Shown one piece after another: positions 10,201-20,237 of a stretch of 64,000 nt of DNA. The notes below the pieces were generated by a model, which saw only the letters and a list, made by a program, of their open reading frames with translations, ran no database searches and was not told the DNA's origin. Position 1 is the stretch's first letter, and each line of letters opens with the position of its first letter. The translations under genes were made by a program, and so were the position numbers. Source of the stretch: a bacterium (lineage in GTDB: Bacteria; RBG-13-61-14; DATKZS01); contig CAXXFL010000003.1 in assembly GCA_963674965.2 (NCBI GenBank), forward strand, positions 492,837 through 556,836. Direction: 5' to 3'.

Positions 10201-10424
10201 GGGCCCGTTACCAGGGCCAGGACCACGACCTGGTCGTTGCCGAAAAGTTCCTTGGCCTTCTCGAAGTAGGCCTTGTCGGGGTCGCCCTTGATAAAGAACT
10301 CGTCCGTCGAGGAGGAAAACTTGAGCCCGGGTATTTCATAGGCGAAATAAACGCTGATTATCAGACTCGATATCAGCACCAGCACGGGGTGTTCCGTAAC
10401 CAGTCTTTCGTAACGTTTAAACAT
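7272..10424 (-). CDS. MMPL/RND-family transporter with C-terminal cyclic-nucleotide-binding domain
   Basis: Two RND halves (TTMVGFASL; ALGIGVDDTI; FVPIRQFG). C-terminal IIREGE.G.EMFIV..G.V and FGEMALL...RSASA. Confidence 0.9.
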   Translation of the reverse strand: MFKRYERLVTEHPVLVLISSLIISVYFAYEIPGLKFSSSTDEFFIKGDPDKAYFEKAKELFGNDQVVVLALVTGPGESVFTEKRLEIIDSLTRDVARVDGVVSTVSLTNVPSIRAPRDPVTGKYQKSIEVKRLIPRIPRSDSEWSELKSEIKRNPLYLGNLVSGDERAAAVLIFIEDFTGQRWRYKEVMTAIKSVVAKEKLEVPRGDGLHLAGVPETRVEIEKRMVKDLKKLLPMTFLLIVTTLVISYRQVRGVLLPLVAIVMTTLWAVGFMEAANIPITLVSIILPPLMLALSSSYSIHMMSDYNAEVEEELSVPEIVRASLKNIALPVVVCGFTTMVGFASLILNRIPAIQDLGFAATVGIIFSVIVALFVIPSSLMLMKKPRKAAKMGEGPGSKTIEIILDRLAQFNVRHKTGVFAGVTVLVLLSLYGIYSVKIDTDFLSFFAKDDPVMVSVYAQADHLAGAAPFNIVLEADRAEVFKHPAMLKRIEELQKWAETEVEGIDATLSMADYVKLLSQAFHQNDPAYYAIPDTPLEVSQILFLYSTSGSPQDFAPYITTDYSAANVLIRSRLVGSTETNKAISRIEQKAKEIFAQPKRTIRSTPVKSQSPAPVRAAEGEELVAWDDADEDVVNWDGDSKAPEEDEVAWGDEDSGPEEAVDWGDGKDEKKDEDAAGPDSTPAAGGTASVGAGEDGDLLGLPAPSEDEFPWPHVTVHVTGTIHLMNRSADAVSRGQISGLGTALIAIFVIMSLLFLSPKIGLMAMLPNLFPIFMLFGIMGYSGITLNFSTSLIAAIALGIGVDDTIQYVNRYNMELQKTRDQTEAMINSLKQMGKPMIFTSVALFFGFIILLASDFVPIRQFGILTAVMMLIALSSNLVILPTLMISVPIITLWDLLDLEIGDNPAHYIKIFHGLSNHQAKVAVLMGHTDQYEDGDLIIREGEMGNEMFIVLKGYVKIVKGEGENEVTLFTIQPGDAFGEMALLRHTTRSASARAEGRVKLFVLDEQTLHRLQRRYPRISTQVFYNITQVLSDRLQSTTAQVYECSVDEEDA

Positions 10425-10638
10425 TTATGCCCACTTCATGCAAGGCGCTTTTTCGCGTTTGCGCTCCGGAGTATTGTTTCGCGCGGCTTTTTCAGCCCCT
10501 CTTCCCAACTCGCGTCCGGCCTCTTGGACCTCCCGTACTTTCGCGTTTAATCTCTATCACTTCGGCGTCGCGAAGGCAAGTCCCGGGTGGCCAATGGCCG
10601 GTATCCCGCGAAAAATTGCCCGCCCTCGCCCCCCCGGA

Positions 10639-10668
10639 TTGACGCGGACTTGCCTTAGTCCTTATAAT
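10639..10668 (+). promoter_or_regulatory. sigma70-type promoter
   Basis: TTGACG-18 nt-TATAAT, ending 11 nt before the ATG at 10680. Confidence 0.6.
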
Positions 10669-10679
10669 GGCGTCCTAAC

Positions 10680-13355
10680 ATGGGGAAAAAATCAGACGCC
10701 TCGGACAAAAAGAGGAAAAAAGACGAGAAGTCCTCCGGCCTTAAATCCAAGCCGGACGGCCCGGATACCGCCCTGGCGGGCGACAAGGAAAAAACAGACG
10801 CCGCGCCGGATGAAAGGGGCTTCCTCTCGAGGCATTGGGACGTCTGGCTCCTTTTTATACTCCTCGTGGTCGGGCTGTTTTTCAGACTGTCGGTCACCCT
10901 TTGGGAGCCCATGATATTTCCCGACTCGACCCAGTACGCGAGCCTGGCCAGGGAAATAAGGAGCGGCGAGTTTTTCTCCTCCTCCTACAGGATCGAGGAG
11001 GGATTTCACAAGTCCCGGAGGCTTCCACCCTTGTACCCCGCGCTCCTGGCCCCCTTCGCCTCGGCCGGAACGGATATTGACCACGTGGGCATAGCCCTGT
11101 CCATCGCCATGAGCCTGGCGGCCATGGTCATACTCTATCTGGCCGGCGTCATGTTGTACGGAAAAAAATCGGCCCTCGCCGCCGCCGGCGTCGCCTCCTT
11201 TCACACCTTCACCATATGGTATGCATGGCCCATGCTCACGGAGGCGACCTTTACCGCGCTCTACATGGGCGTCATCCTGGCCTCGGTTTACGCCCTCAAA
11301 AAGCCCTCCCTCACGGCCTTCGTCCTCTGCGGGGTAATGGGGGCGCTTTGCTACATGACCAGGGACGTGGGAGTCTCCGCGGCCTTCGTCGCCGCGGGAG
11401 GGGCCGCCTTCAAGCTGGGCTTTATCGACCGGATCGGATGGAAAAAGACGACCCTTTTCACGGCGGCCGTGATTTTGGCCTTCCTGGCGGCGGCCTCACC
11501 CTACCTCATCCACATACGGGCGAGGACCGGCTCATGGGGACTGACCGTGCAAATGGAGGACACCAGCGTCACCGAGCAGATGCAGCTTTTCGGCGGCGAC
11601 CGCTTCGACCGCGACCGGCTCAAGGGCAAGGAAAAACAGACCAAGCTCATCGGCGGCAGGGAAGCCAGGGGGGGGCTCGACCTCGTCTTCCTGGCGCCGG
11701 GCCTTATGAAAAAGCTCGTCCTCAACATGATCAATTACGGGTCCGAGCTCCTCTATAAATGGGACCCCACGGTCACGGGATTCATGGCCGTGTCCATTAT
11801 CGCGACCCTGGCCGCGTTCAAAAGAAAAAAAGACTACGCCGAGCTTATGCTCGGGTTATGGACCTTCGTCTGGATACTCCAGCTCTGGGCCCTTTACGCC
11901 CTTATCACTCCCTACATGGTGGACGACAGGTACATGTATCCCCTTATGGCGCCGGCTATCTTGATGGCCGGCCACGGAGCGGCCGCGGGGGCCGAGTGGA
12001 TGATCGAGACCCTGTCGGGGGAAAGGCCGGCCCGTCCCGAGTTCTGGAGACGAGTCGTTCCTCTCCTCGCCCTGGCCGCCGTCTTCTCGGCCCTGATGGG
12101 AGGCATGACCGAGCCGGACTCGGTCAAGCGCTTCGCCATGTTAACCTCAAGAAGCCCCGAGTACGCCTATTACTTCACCATGATCGGGGCAACGTCGCTT
12201 TTCTGTCTGGCCGCGGCCGGGCTGGCGCGCTTTTTTCCCGACTCCTGGTATAGGAACGAGAGGTTCTATATCCTCGCGCCCGCGCTTCTCGCGGCGGGGC
12301 TGATACTTTTGGTTTTTCCGGACGTCACCTCCAACTTTAACGAGTCCATATTGGCCCGTCCCGTGGGCGGCAAAAAAATGGAGGCCCTGGTCCTGGGCCG
12401 GGTCCTTTTCAGGAAAGACCTTTACAAGTACGCGCCCGCGCTTTTTTGCCTCGGTCTTTTCGTGACCTCCATCTTGCGCTGGTCCCTTAAGGGAGGCAAG
12501 GCCGATCCACGGACGGCCTCGGCGTCATTCATCGCCGTTTTCGTCTTAAGCGTCTTCCTGGCCCACCTGCCCGATTATATGGACCTTAAAGACCGCATGG
12601 ACCCCCACTCCCTGGCCAATAAATATTCCGCGGGCCACAAGGAGGCGGCCAACGAGATGAAGAGTCTGGGGATAGTGCCGCCCGGCAAGATCATATGCTC
12701 GAGAAAGACCTTCATGGCCTATTACCTTGAGGGAACGTGGTACATGGACCACGAGAAAAAAGAGCCCATCCCCAAGACCATGGACGAGGTCAAGGAACTG
12801 GTGAAGTCCGGCAAGATAGACTACCTGGTGGCGGACAGCTTCACGCTTAAGAGCGTGCGTCCCGCCATTGTCCGGCTGGCTTACGGGCTCGATCGTATCC
12901 CCGGCGCCAGGGTGGTTTACAGCCGTTTTTTCCCGAACTACCAGCGGGTCATCACCGTCTACGAGGTGGGGAGCGAGGAAAGCCTCGCCGTCCCCTACGG
13001 CCGAAGCAAAAGAGAGCGCCTGGACGCCGCGAGAAGCCTCATGCAAAAGGGATACTACCACTTCGCCCTCAAAGAGATAAACGCCGCCCTGGCCGAGGAC
13101 GAAAACGACCGGGAGGCCCTTTTACTGGCCGGCCAGATATTCGCGTCCTATTACGCGACCCTGCTGGGATCCAGGCTGCCCACCATGGCCCTGGACCCCG
13201 AGGTCCTGCCCACCCTGGTGAGCGTCTCCCAGAAGTACGCGGAGGTGGCCCCGGACGATCCTCAGTCCGCGGAAAAGGCGGCCCACTTCAGGAGAATGTT
13301 CGAGGCGGAAAAAAATGAAATTATGGAAAAGGCGCGATCGAGAAACGGAAGGTAA
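10680..13355 (+). CDS. GT-C-fold membrane glycosyltransferase with C-terminal TPR-like helices
   Basis: PDSTQY, PPLYP, LTEATF, TRDVG and DRYMYP motifs; many TM helices; helical C-terminus (ARSLMQKGYYHFALKEINAAL...EALLLAGQIF). Confidence 0.75.
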   Translation: MGKKSDASDKKRKKDEKSSGLKSKPDGPDTALAGDKEKTDAAPDERGFLSRHWDVWLLFILLVVGLFFRLSVTLWEPMIFPDSTQYASLAREIRSGEFFSSSYRIEEGFHKSRRLPPLYPALLAPFASAGTDIDHVGIALSIAMSLAAMVILYLAGVMLYGKKSALAAAGVASFHTFTIWYAWPMLTEATFTALYMGVILASVYALKKPSLTAFVLCGVMGALCYMTRDVGVSAAFVAAGGAAFKLGFIDRIGWKKTTLFTAAVILAFLAAASPYLIHIRARTGSWGLTVQMEDTSVTEQMQLFGGDRFDRDRLKGKEKQTKLIGGREARGGLDLVFLAPGLMKKLVLNMINYGSELLYKWDPTVTGFMAVSIIATLAAFKRKKDYAELMLGLWTFVWILQLWALYALITPYMVDDRYMYPLMAPAILMAGHGAAAGAEWMIETLSGERPARPEFWRRVVPLLALAAVFSALMGGMTEPDSVKRFAMLTSRSPEYAYYFTMIGATSLFCLAAAGLARFFPDSWYRNERFYILAPALLAAGLILLVFPDVTSNFNESILARPVGGKKMEALVLGRVLFRKDLYKYAPALFCLGLFVTSILRWSLKGGKADPRTASASFIAVFVLSVFLAHLPDYMDLKDRMDPHSLANKYSAGHKEAANEMKSLGIVPPGKIICSRKTFMAYYLEGTWYMDHEKKEPIPKTMDEVKELVKSGKIDYLVADSFTLKSVRPAIVRLAYGLDRIPGARVVYSRFFPNYQRVITVYEVGSEESLAVPYGRSKRERLDAARSLMQKGYYHFALKEINAALAEDENDREALLLAGQIFASYYATLLGSRLPTMALDPEVLPTLVSVSQKYAEVAPDDPQSAEKAAHFRRMFEAEKNEIMEKARSRNGR

Positions 13356-13427
13356 AGGACGGCCCCGCCATGACGGCGGAGCGGGGTACGTGGAAATAAT
13401 AATCGCGACCGGGAAGGAGAGGGAACA

Positions 13428-15074
13428 ATGAGATCGATACTGAAGACGATGGCGTTGGCGGCGGCCCTGGCCGCTTTGGGGCTCGGCTGGAGCGCGGCCC
13501 GGGCGGGCCTTTGCGAGGACCCGGTGGACACGGACCAGGGGGCCTTCATGGGGGCCGAGGACATCGAGACGGCGACCTGCTCGTGGAAGGGCGTTCCCTA
13601 CGCCGCGCCGCCGGTGGGCGAGTTGCGCTTCCGGGCGCCCAGGCTCCCGGAGAAGCGGGAGGGCGTGACGCCGGCCATTTCCTTCGGTCCCCGCTGCATG
13701 CAGACCGGGACCATGGAGGCGGTCAACGCCGACCCCTCCGGCAAGATGAGCGAGGACTGCCTGTATCTTAACGTCTGGCGTCCGGCCAAGTCGGGTCAGT
13801 TCCCGGTGATGGTCTGGATTCACGGCGGCGGCTACACCGGCGGAACCGGCAACACCCCCATGTACTGGGGCGACAGGATGGCCGAGGCGGGCGACGTGGT
13901 GGTGGTGACCATCAACTACCGCCTTAACGTCTTCGGCTTCATGGCCCATCCCGGGTTCAGGGAGGAGGACCCCAACGGGGCCGCGGGAGGATACGGCTCC
14001 CTCGACCAGGTGGCCGCCATCGACTGGGTCCACCGCAACATAGAAGGGTTCGGGGGCGACCCCGGTAACGTGACCATATTCGGCGAAAGCGCCGGGGGAT
14101 GGAGCGTCTGCACCATGCTGGCCACGCCCCTCAACCAGGGAAGGATACACAAGGCCATCCTGCACAGCGGCGGATGCGAGGCCAGCGCCTCACTCGAGAA
14201 GGGATACGACCAGGCCAGGAAAATCGCGGAAAAAGTGAGATGCGATTTCAACGACCTCGATTGCCTCCGCGAAGTCCCCGCCAAAAGACTGCTTCGCGCC
14301 ACGGGCAACACCATTACCGACGGCTTCGCGTGGGTACCCCATCACGACGGGTACCTGCTTACGGCCGCCCCCATCGACATGATTAAGGAGGGGGACTATA
14401 ACCGCGTGCCCTTTATCGCCGGATACAACCATGACGAGGTCTCCAGGCTCCTCAAGCTCATCCCCAATTTCCAGTACGCCAGGGCCAAAAATTATCCCGG
14501 CCAGATGGCGAAGTTCCTGGGCATGGACGAACAAGAAAAACGGGAACTCGATTCACTCTATCCCCTGTCCGACTACTCGGGCAGGCCGGTCAAGGCCTTC
14601 GGCGCCATGGGCACCGAGGGCATCCTCGGCTGCCCCACCTACAACGGGCTGGCCGCCGCCGCCGAGCATCAGCCCGAAACCTACCTTTACCGGTTCGACT
14701 TCGACGACATGAAACTGGGAAGGGGCATCGGCGCGGTGCACGCCATGGAGATTCCCTTCGTGTTCGACTCCCTGGACAGGGAACCCATAAGCCTTCTTTA
14801 CGATAAGAACCGCCTCGAGATAGCCGAGCCCCTCTCGAGGGACATGCAGAGCTACTGGCTTAATTTCGCCAAGACCGGCGACCCCAACGGCAAGGACGTG
14901 AGGGGCAAGGACCTGCCCCAGTGGCCGCGCTTCACCAACGACGACCCCAGCCTGATGGTCTTCGACGTTTACGTCCGGGCGGAGGACGCCAAAATGAAGG
15001 AGCGCTGCGATTTCTGGCTCGAGTACGGAAAGAAATACGGCGCCATCGCCCAGACCATGGGCAACGTGGATTGA
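13428..15074 (+). CDS. secreted type-B carboxylesterase/lipase
   Basis: Signal peptide; GVPYAAPPVGELRF, SEDCLYLNVW, WIHGGG, FGESAGG (nucleophile) and AVHAMEI (His). Confidence 0.95.
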   Translation: MRSILKTMALAAALAALGLGWSAARAGLCEDPVDTDQGAFMGAEDIETATCSWKGVPYAAPPVGELRFRAPRLPEKREGVTPAISFGPRCMQTGTMEAVNADPSGKMSEDCLYLNVWRPAKSGQFPVMVWIHGGGYTGGTGNTPMYWGDRMAEAGDVVVVTINYRLNVFGFMAHPGFREEDPNGAAGGYGSLDQVAAIDWVHRNIEGFGGDPGNVTIFGESAGGWSVCTMLATPLNQGRIHKAILHSGGCEASASLEKGYDQARKIAEKVRCDFNDLDCLREVPAKRLLRATGNTITDGFAWVPHHDGYLLTAAPIDMIKEGDYNRVPFIAGYNHDEVSRLLKLIPNFQYARAKNYPGQMAKFLGMDEQEKRELDSLYPLSDYSGRPVKAFGAMGTEGILGCPTYNGLAAAAEHQPETYLYRFDFDDMKLGRGIGAVHAMEIPFVFDSLDREPISLLYDKNRLEIAEPLSRDMQSYWLNFAKTGDPNGKDVRGKDLPQWPRFTNDDPSLMVFDVYVRAEDAKMKERCDFWLEYGKKYGAIAQTMGNVD

Positions 15075-15132
15075 TCGGGCCTATTCCCCTGAGCCGGGGC
15101 CCGGACCACGCCGGGCCTTGGGCCGGGGGACC

Positions 15133-18100
15133 TTATCGGCGCGGGGCCGCGTCGGGCCGCCAGGTGATGAGGTCGAAGCCCTCGAGGACCAGGCCCGTCT
15201 CGTTTTCCGCCTCGGCTAAAAGGTCCTCGCCGTCCTTCTCGAGGATACCCTCTTCCACCGTCCAGATCACCACCTTTTTGTCCGAGCCCGCCGAGGCTAT
15301 CCTGGCGCCGTCCGGAGAATAGACCGCTCGCCGGACGGGCCAGTCGTGACCGCGCATGGTGAGAAGACACTTGCCGCCGGAGATGGACCATATCTTGACC
15401 GCGTTGTCGTTCCCGCCCGAGACGACGTACTTGCCCGACGGTGAGGCAAGGGCCGAGTTCACCACCCCCTCGTGGCCGATGAGGGTCTTGAGAGATTTGC
15501 CCGTCTTCGCGGACCAAAGCTTGATGAACGAGTCCTCCCCCGCCGAGATCACCGTCCCCGAGTCGGGAGTAAAGCAAACGCACCTCACCGCGTCCAAGTG
15601 GCCCTCCAGGGTCATAAGCTCCTCGCCCGTGGCCGGGTCCCAAAGCTTCACCGTCTTGTCCTCGCTCCCCGAGGCCGCCATCGAGCCGTCGGGGGCAAAG
15701 GCCGCGGAGGTCACGGCCCCCTCGTGGCCGTAAAAGGTGGTCTCGCTGAAAACGTCGTCGGTGGGCCAGGTCATCAGGGTCCGGTCCGCCCCGCCGGAAA
15801 GGATGAGCCTTGCGTCCGGGGAAAAAACGGCCGAGAAGACCGAGTCCAGGTGGTCCCGGTAAGTGGTCAAGTTAACCAGGGTCTTGGCGTCCCACAGCTT
15901 GATCAGGTTGTCGTTGCCGGCCGATAAAAGGAACTTGCCGTTCCTCGAGAAGTCCACCGCCTTGACCGTGGCCTGGTGCCCGGTCAGGGTTGCCTTGAGC
16001 TCGCCTTGCCTCGACCACAGCTTGACCAGCATGTCCTCACCCGCCGTGGCCAGGGTCTCGCCGTCCGGAGAAAAAGCCGCCGCCTGGACCTCGCCTTTGT
16101 GGGCCTCGATCACCAGGGGAGAAGGGCCGTCCATCATCTCCCAGGCCGTGGCCGCCCCGTCCCAGCCCGCCGCCGCCGCCAGCCGCGAATCGGAGGAGAA
16201 GACCACTTTGGCCACCTCGTCCGAGTGGGCGGTGAAGACGCGAAGAAGCTCGCCCGTCTCGGCCAGCCACAGCCGCATGGTACGGTCGGCCCCGCTGGAA
16301 AGGACCAGGCGCCCATCGGGGGAGAAGACCGCCGAGTTAACCGGGCCCTCGTGCCCCTCGAGGCTCCGGACCAGCTCGCCCGAGGAGGCGTCGAAAATCC
16401 TGATCGCGCCGTCGGCGCATCCCGTGATGGCCAGCTTCCCGTCGCCCGAGAAACCCACCGAGTAAACCGAGTCCTCATGGCCCCCGAGCTTCAGGAGTTC
16501 CTTTTTGCGCGAGACCGACCAGACCCGGGCCGTCTTGTCCACGCCGCCGGAGACGACCTTGCCGCCGTCGGGTGAGGCCGCCACCGCCAGGACCATGTCC
16601 GAGTGTCCCGCCAGGAGGGCCGTTTCCCGGCCGGACTCGGCCGACCAGAGGCGGACCGTCTTGTCCTCTCCCCCCGAGACCAGGGTCTTCCCGCCGGGCA
16701 GAAAAGCCGCCGACCTCACCTGGCCCTCGTGCCCGGCCAGGACGCGAAGCGCCCCGGCCCCGCCGGAGGGGCTCCAGATAACTATCAGCCCGTCGCTTCC
16801 CGCCGTGAGCATGAGAGAGCCGTCGGACGAGAAATCGACCGCCGTGATCGTTCCCTCGTGTCCATGGAAGACCCTCTCGCCTCCAGCCGTCTCGACCGCG
16901 TAATCGAAGCCCGGAGCGTTTCCCTTTGGCGGCAGGGTCCCGATCTTTTTCGCGGGCGGGATTTTACCGGCCTGGCTCCCCTTGTCCTTTTGCATGGGGC
17001 ACAGCCGGACCTCGCCCAGAACGCAACTCAAGTCGCCCTCGGCGCATCCGGCGTGGGCCAGGAAATCCGCCCCGGGCGAGAAGGCGACGTCCTCGATCCT
17101 GTGCCCCGACCCGGCGAAGGTCCTTTTTAAAATGGGCCTTACCTTGGAGACGGCCTCGCGGAAAAGACCGTCCCTGACCGGGGCCTCCGAGCCCATCTCC
17201 AGGGCCTTGGCGTAATACAGCCTCGCCTCCCCGAGCCGCGTCTCGTTCTCCGCCCGGACGCCGTACTGGTAATAGGCCTCGGCCAGGTTGCGCTCGGCCT
17301 CCTTTTTCCTCTCCTCGGCCAGGTCCCTTTGCTCCTTGGCGATGGACTCGTTTTTCTCCGCCGCCAGCCGCATTCGGACCGCCAGGTTGCGCTGCTCCCG
17401 TATGGAAAAGTAGGACCAGGTGGCCACGATGAAGAGCACGACGAGGGCCGCCGCGGCCGTGGACATGACCGGCCAGCGCCTCTTGACCCACCTCTTTACC
17501 ATCTCGCCCATCGAGTACTCGTAGGCCGACACGAGTCCACCGGCCATGAACCTGGTCACGTCCTCGGCCAGTTCCTCGGCGCTTTGATACCTCTGGCCCG
17601 CGTCCTTTTCCAGGCACTTCTCGCAGATGGCCGCCAGCTCGGGAGGGGCCAGGGGCTCCCTTTCCCGGACCGGCTTCACCGGCTCGCTTATGACCTTGCC
17701 CATCACCTCGTAGGGCGTGAAGCCGCCGAACGGAGGCTTGCCCGTGAGTATCTCGTACAGGACCGCGCCCAGGCTCCAGACGTCGCTTCGCTCGTCCACC
17801 TTGTCTATAAGACCGTCGGCCTGCTCGGGACTCATGTAGGCGGGAGTCCCGAGCGGACTGCCCGCGATGGTCTCGCCCGCGCCCGCCTGCTTGATCAACT
17901 CGATGCCGCGCTCGAGGTCCTCGGCCCGCTCGTCCGCCTGGCCCTTGACCTTGGCCAGGCCCCAGTCGAGCACGACCGTCTCTCCGAACTCGCCCACCAT
18001 AACGTTCTGCGGCTTAAGGTCGCGGTGGATAACGCTCTTGGAATGGGCGTAGGCCATGGCCTGGCAAAGGTGCTGGAAATGGCTGAGAAGCATGAGGCGG

Positions 18101-18960
18101 TCCTTGACCTCGCCGCTCTCCCGAATCCTGTCCGTAAGCGTCTTGCCCTTCACCAGCTTCATGGTGTAATAAACCGAACCGTCCGACCGCTGGCCCATCT
18201 CATAGACGGGCACGATGCTGGGATGCTCGAGTTGGCCGGTTATGCGGGCCTCCCTGATGAAACGGACCATGGCCTTTTCCGCCGCCCGGGCGCTGGCCCC
18301 CGTCCCCGTGCCGAGTCTCGTCCCCGTCTTGCCCAGAAGCTCCTTGAGCGCCACGTCGCGCCCGATGTGCTCGTCAAAGGCGAGTAGGACCCGGCCTATT
18401 CCGCCCCGCCCGTATTCCTCCTTGACCGTATAGCGGCCGGGCTGCTCGATGGTCACCTTGCCGATGATGGCGAGGTAATCTCCCATCTGGGCTTGCTGGG
18501 TCGGCGCGTGGTGAGTCTTGACCTCCTGAGGCTCGGCCCGCCGCTCCGGGGCTTGCCTCGTCCGGCCGACGGTCTCGGCCGCGTCCCGGTCCTCTGGACC
18601 AGGAGGGGCCGCCTGAGCGCCGGGCCAGGACAAGGACGTTGAAGATCCCTCGCCGGGGTCGTACCCGCCAAAGGACTCGAGGATCGAGTCCGACCCGCCG
18701 AAGGACGCGAGAGTGGCCATGACGTCGCCTCCCCTTTCGGCTATCTCGGCGTCAACCACGGGGTTGATGATGGCCCGGACCTCCTCCGATATCACCCCCT
18801 TCTCGACCAGCTTGAGGCTTAAGTCGTAGGCTCCATCGGGGTCAAGCTCCCGAGTGGCCCTGGCCAGGGCCTCGTCCGTTACGAAGTTCAGACGGACGGA
18901 GATGATGGCGAAAAGAAGGTTTCGCTCACGGGGGGTATGCTCTTTCTTCTCATCGTTCAT
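15133..18960 (-). CDS. Hanks-type Ser/Thr protein kinase with TM helix and about 14 WD40 repeats
   Basis: GRGGIGRV, VALK, HRDLKPQN, LDWGLAK, GTPAYMSPEQ and DVWSLG motifs; hydrophobic helix; 14 GH...W-type repeats; GGAG before the ATG at 18960. Confidence 0.93.
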   Translation of the reverse strand: MNDEKKEHTPRERNLLFAIISVRLNFVTDEALARATRELDPDGAYDLSLKLVEKGVISEEVRAIINPVVDAEIAERGGDVMATLASFGGSDSILESFGGYDPGEGSSTSLSWPGAQAAPPGPEDRDAAETVGRTRQAPERRAEPQEVKTHHAPTQQAQMGDYLAIIGKVTIEQPGRYTVKEEYGRGGIGRVLLAFDEHIGRDVALKELLGKTGTRLGTGTGASARAAEKAMVRFIREARITGQLEHPSIVPVYEMGQRSDGSVYYTMKLVKGKTLTDRIRESGEVKDRLMLLSHFQHLCQAMAYAHSKSVIHRDLKPQNVMVGEFGETVVLDWGLAKVKGQADERAEDLERGIELIKQAGAGETIAGSPLGTPAYMSPEQADGLIDKVDERSDVWSLGAVLYEILTGKPPFGGFTPYEVMGKVISEPVKPVREREPLAPPELAAICEKCLEKDAGQRYQSAEELAEDVTRFMAGGLVSAYEYSMGEMVKRWVKRRWPVMSTAAAALVVLFIVATWSYFSIREQRNLAVRMRLAAEKNESIAKEQRDLAEERKKEAERNLAEAYYQYGVRAENETRLGEARLYYAKALEMGSEAPVRDGLFREAVSKVRPILKRTFAGSGHRIEDVAFSPGADFLAHAGCAEGDLSCVLGEVRLCPMQKDKGSQAGKIPPAKKIGTLPPKGNAPGFDYAVETAGGERVFHGHEGTITAVDFSSDGSLMLTAGSDGLIVIWSPSGGAGALRVLAGHEGQVRSAAFLPGGKTLVSGGEDKTVRLWSAESGRETALLAGHSDMVLAVAASPDGGKVVSGGVDKTARVWSVSRKKELLKLGGHEDSVYSVGFSGDGKLAITGCADGAIRIFDASSGELVRSLEGHEGPVNSAVFSPDGRLVLSSGADRTMRLWLAETGELLRVFTAHSDEVAKVVFSSDSRLAAAAGWDGAATAWEMMDGPSPLVIEAHKGEVQAAAFSPDGETLATAGEDMLVKLWSRQGELKATLTGHQATVKAVDFSRNGKFLLSAGNDNLIKLWDAKTLVNLTTYRDHLDSVFSAVFSPDARLILSGGADRTLMTWPTDDVFSETTFYGHEGAVTSAAFAPDGSMAASGSEDKTVKLWDPATGEELMTLEGHLDAVRCVCFTPDSGTVISAGEDSFIKLWSAKTGKSLKTLIGHEGVVNSALASPSGKYVVSGGNDNAVKIWSISGGKCLLTMRGHDWPVRRAVYSPDGARIASAGSDKKVVIWTVEEGILEKDGEDLLAEAENETGLVLEGFDLITWRPDAAPRR

Positions 18961-19169
18961 GGGCGACTCCAATTGGCGGATTCTATTGTCCGGCGCCGGG
19001 CGAACTAGTCCCCCCGGCCGCCGGGACGCGCCTACTCATAAATGGACGAATAATAATGGTTTTGCTTCCCGTTCATGGCGCGCCAAAAAAAACTTTTCCC
19101 GACTCTTAAGGAATTTGGATGAGTCATTTTACACGGGCGGACTTAAGTTTGGAAGCGGGAGGAATCAAA

Positions 19170-20237
19170 TTACAGGCCGCAGGTCTCGAGGCTCCTTTTT
19201 AGACGACGCCTCAATTTGCGCGGCCCCGCGATCAAGGCGCCGAGAAGACCCCACCAGAGACCCGCGAGGTTGACGGCCACGTGAACCGCGTAAGCCGGGA
19301 CCAGTACGGCCCCGGCCGTCAGGCGCCCGGCAAGCGAGACTTCGCCGTCAGGGCCGTCCCCCCTTCTTAGGGTCTCCAGCGCGGCCAGGCCGAGGAGCGG
19401 GACAAGGCACGCGGCCGCCAACCCAACGATCCCGGCCGTCCCGAGGCGCGCTCCGATATGCGCGGCCAGGGCCACCGCCGGCAAGGGAGCGGCGAGGGCC
19501 AGGAGGAACCCCGCGTTGCCCGCGTACATTCGAGGATGGACCACGAAGAGCTTGGCGCTTTGTTTCCTGAGATTGAACCGCTGGGCGAAGTAGGCCGGGC
19601 CAAAGGGACGCCGCTTATGGAATACCATGAGTCCGGGATCGAACGTGAACCTGGCGCCGAGTTTTTTGGCCATAAAGATATACTCCGAGTCCTCGCCCCC
19701 GTAGCCCAGCGCCTCGTTAAGGCCGCCCACCCGGTCGAACCAGTCGCGCCGGGCGATGAAGTTGACCAGATGGACCTCGCCTATCCGGGCCTCGAGGAGG
19801 GACCCTCCGCCCCGGTAGGCCCGGCTGCCGCCGCCAATCAGCCTCGAGCAAAGCAGCATGTCCGTGAGGCGCTCGAGAAAGGGAGAGCCGGGGGGAATGA
19901 GGTTGGGCCCGCCCACCCCCGCGAAAATCCCGTTCCTCTCGAGATAGGAGACGCCGCGTACCAGCCAGCCGGGAGGCGCGTGGGCGTCGTCGTCAATAAA
20001 GGCCAGGTACTCGCCCTTCGCCCGGGTGGCCGCCAGGTTCCTCCTGAAAGCGGGGTTTCTGTCCTCGACGACCAGCGGCCTCAAAAGCGGCGAGCCGGGC
20101 AGGTGGGCGGCTTGTTCCTCGTCGCCCACCACGGCGATTATCTCGAGATCGACTCCCTCCTGGGCCAGAAGGGATGAAAGGCAGGGCTCGAGCTCGCCCC
20201 GGTCGAAAATGACGATAATCGAGGCGACGGGGCTCAA
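19170..20237 (-). CDS. GT2 glycosyltransferase with C-terminal TM helices
   Basis: RN...AKGEYLAFIDDD, GGLNE and GEDSE motifs. TTG start overlaps the upstream TGA. Confidence 0.88.
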   Translation of the reverse strand: MSPVASIIVIFDRGELEPCLSSLLAQEGVDLEIIAVVGDEEQAAHLPGSPLLRPLVVEDRNPAFRRNLAATRAKGEYLAFIDDDAHAPPGWLVRGVSYLERNGIFAGVGGPNLIPPGSPFLERLTDMLLCSRLIGGGSRAYRGGGSLLEARIGEVHLVNFIARRDWFDRVGGLNEALGYGGEDSEYIFMAKKLGARFTFDPGLMVFHKRRPFGPAYFAQRFNLRKQSAKLFVVHPRMYAGNAGFLLALAAPLPAVALAAHIGARLGTAGIVGLAAACLVPLLGLAALETLRRGDGPDGEVSLAGRLTAGAVLVPAYAVHVAVNLAGLWWGLLGALIAGPRKLRRRLKRSLETCGL

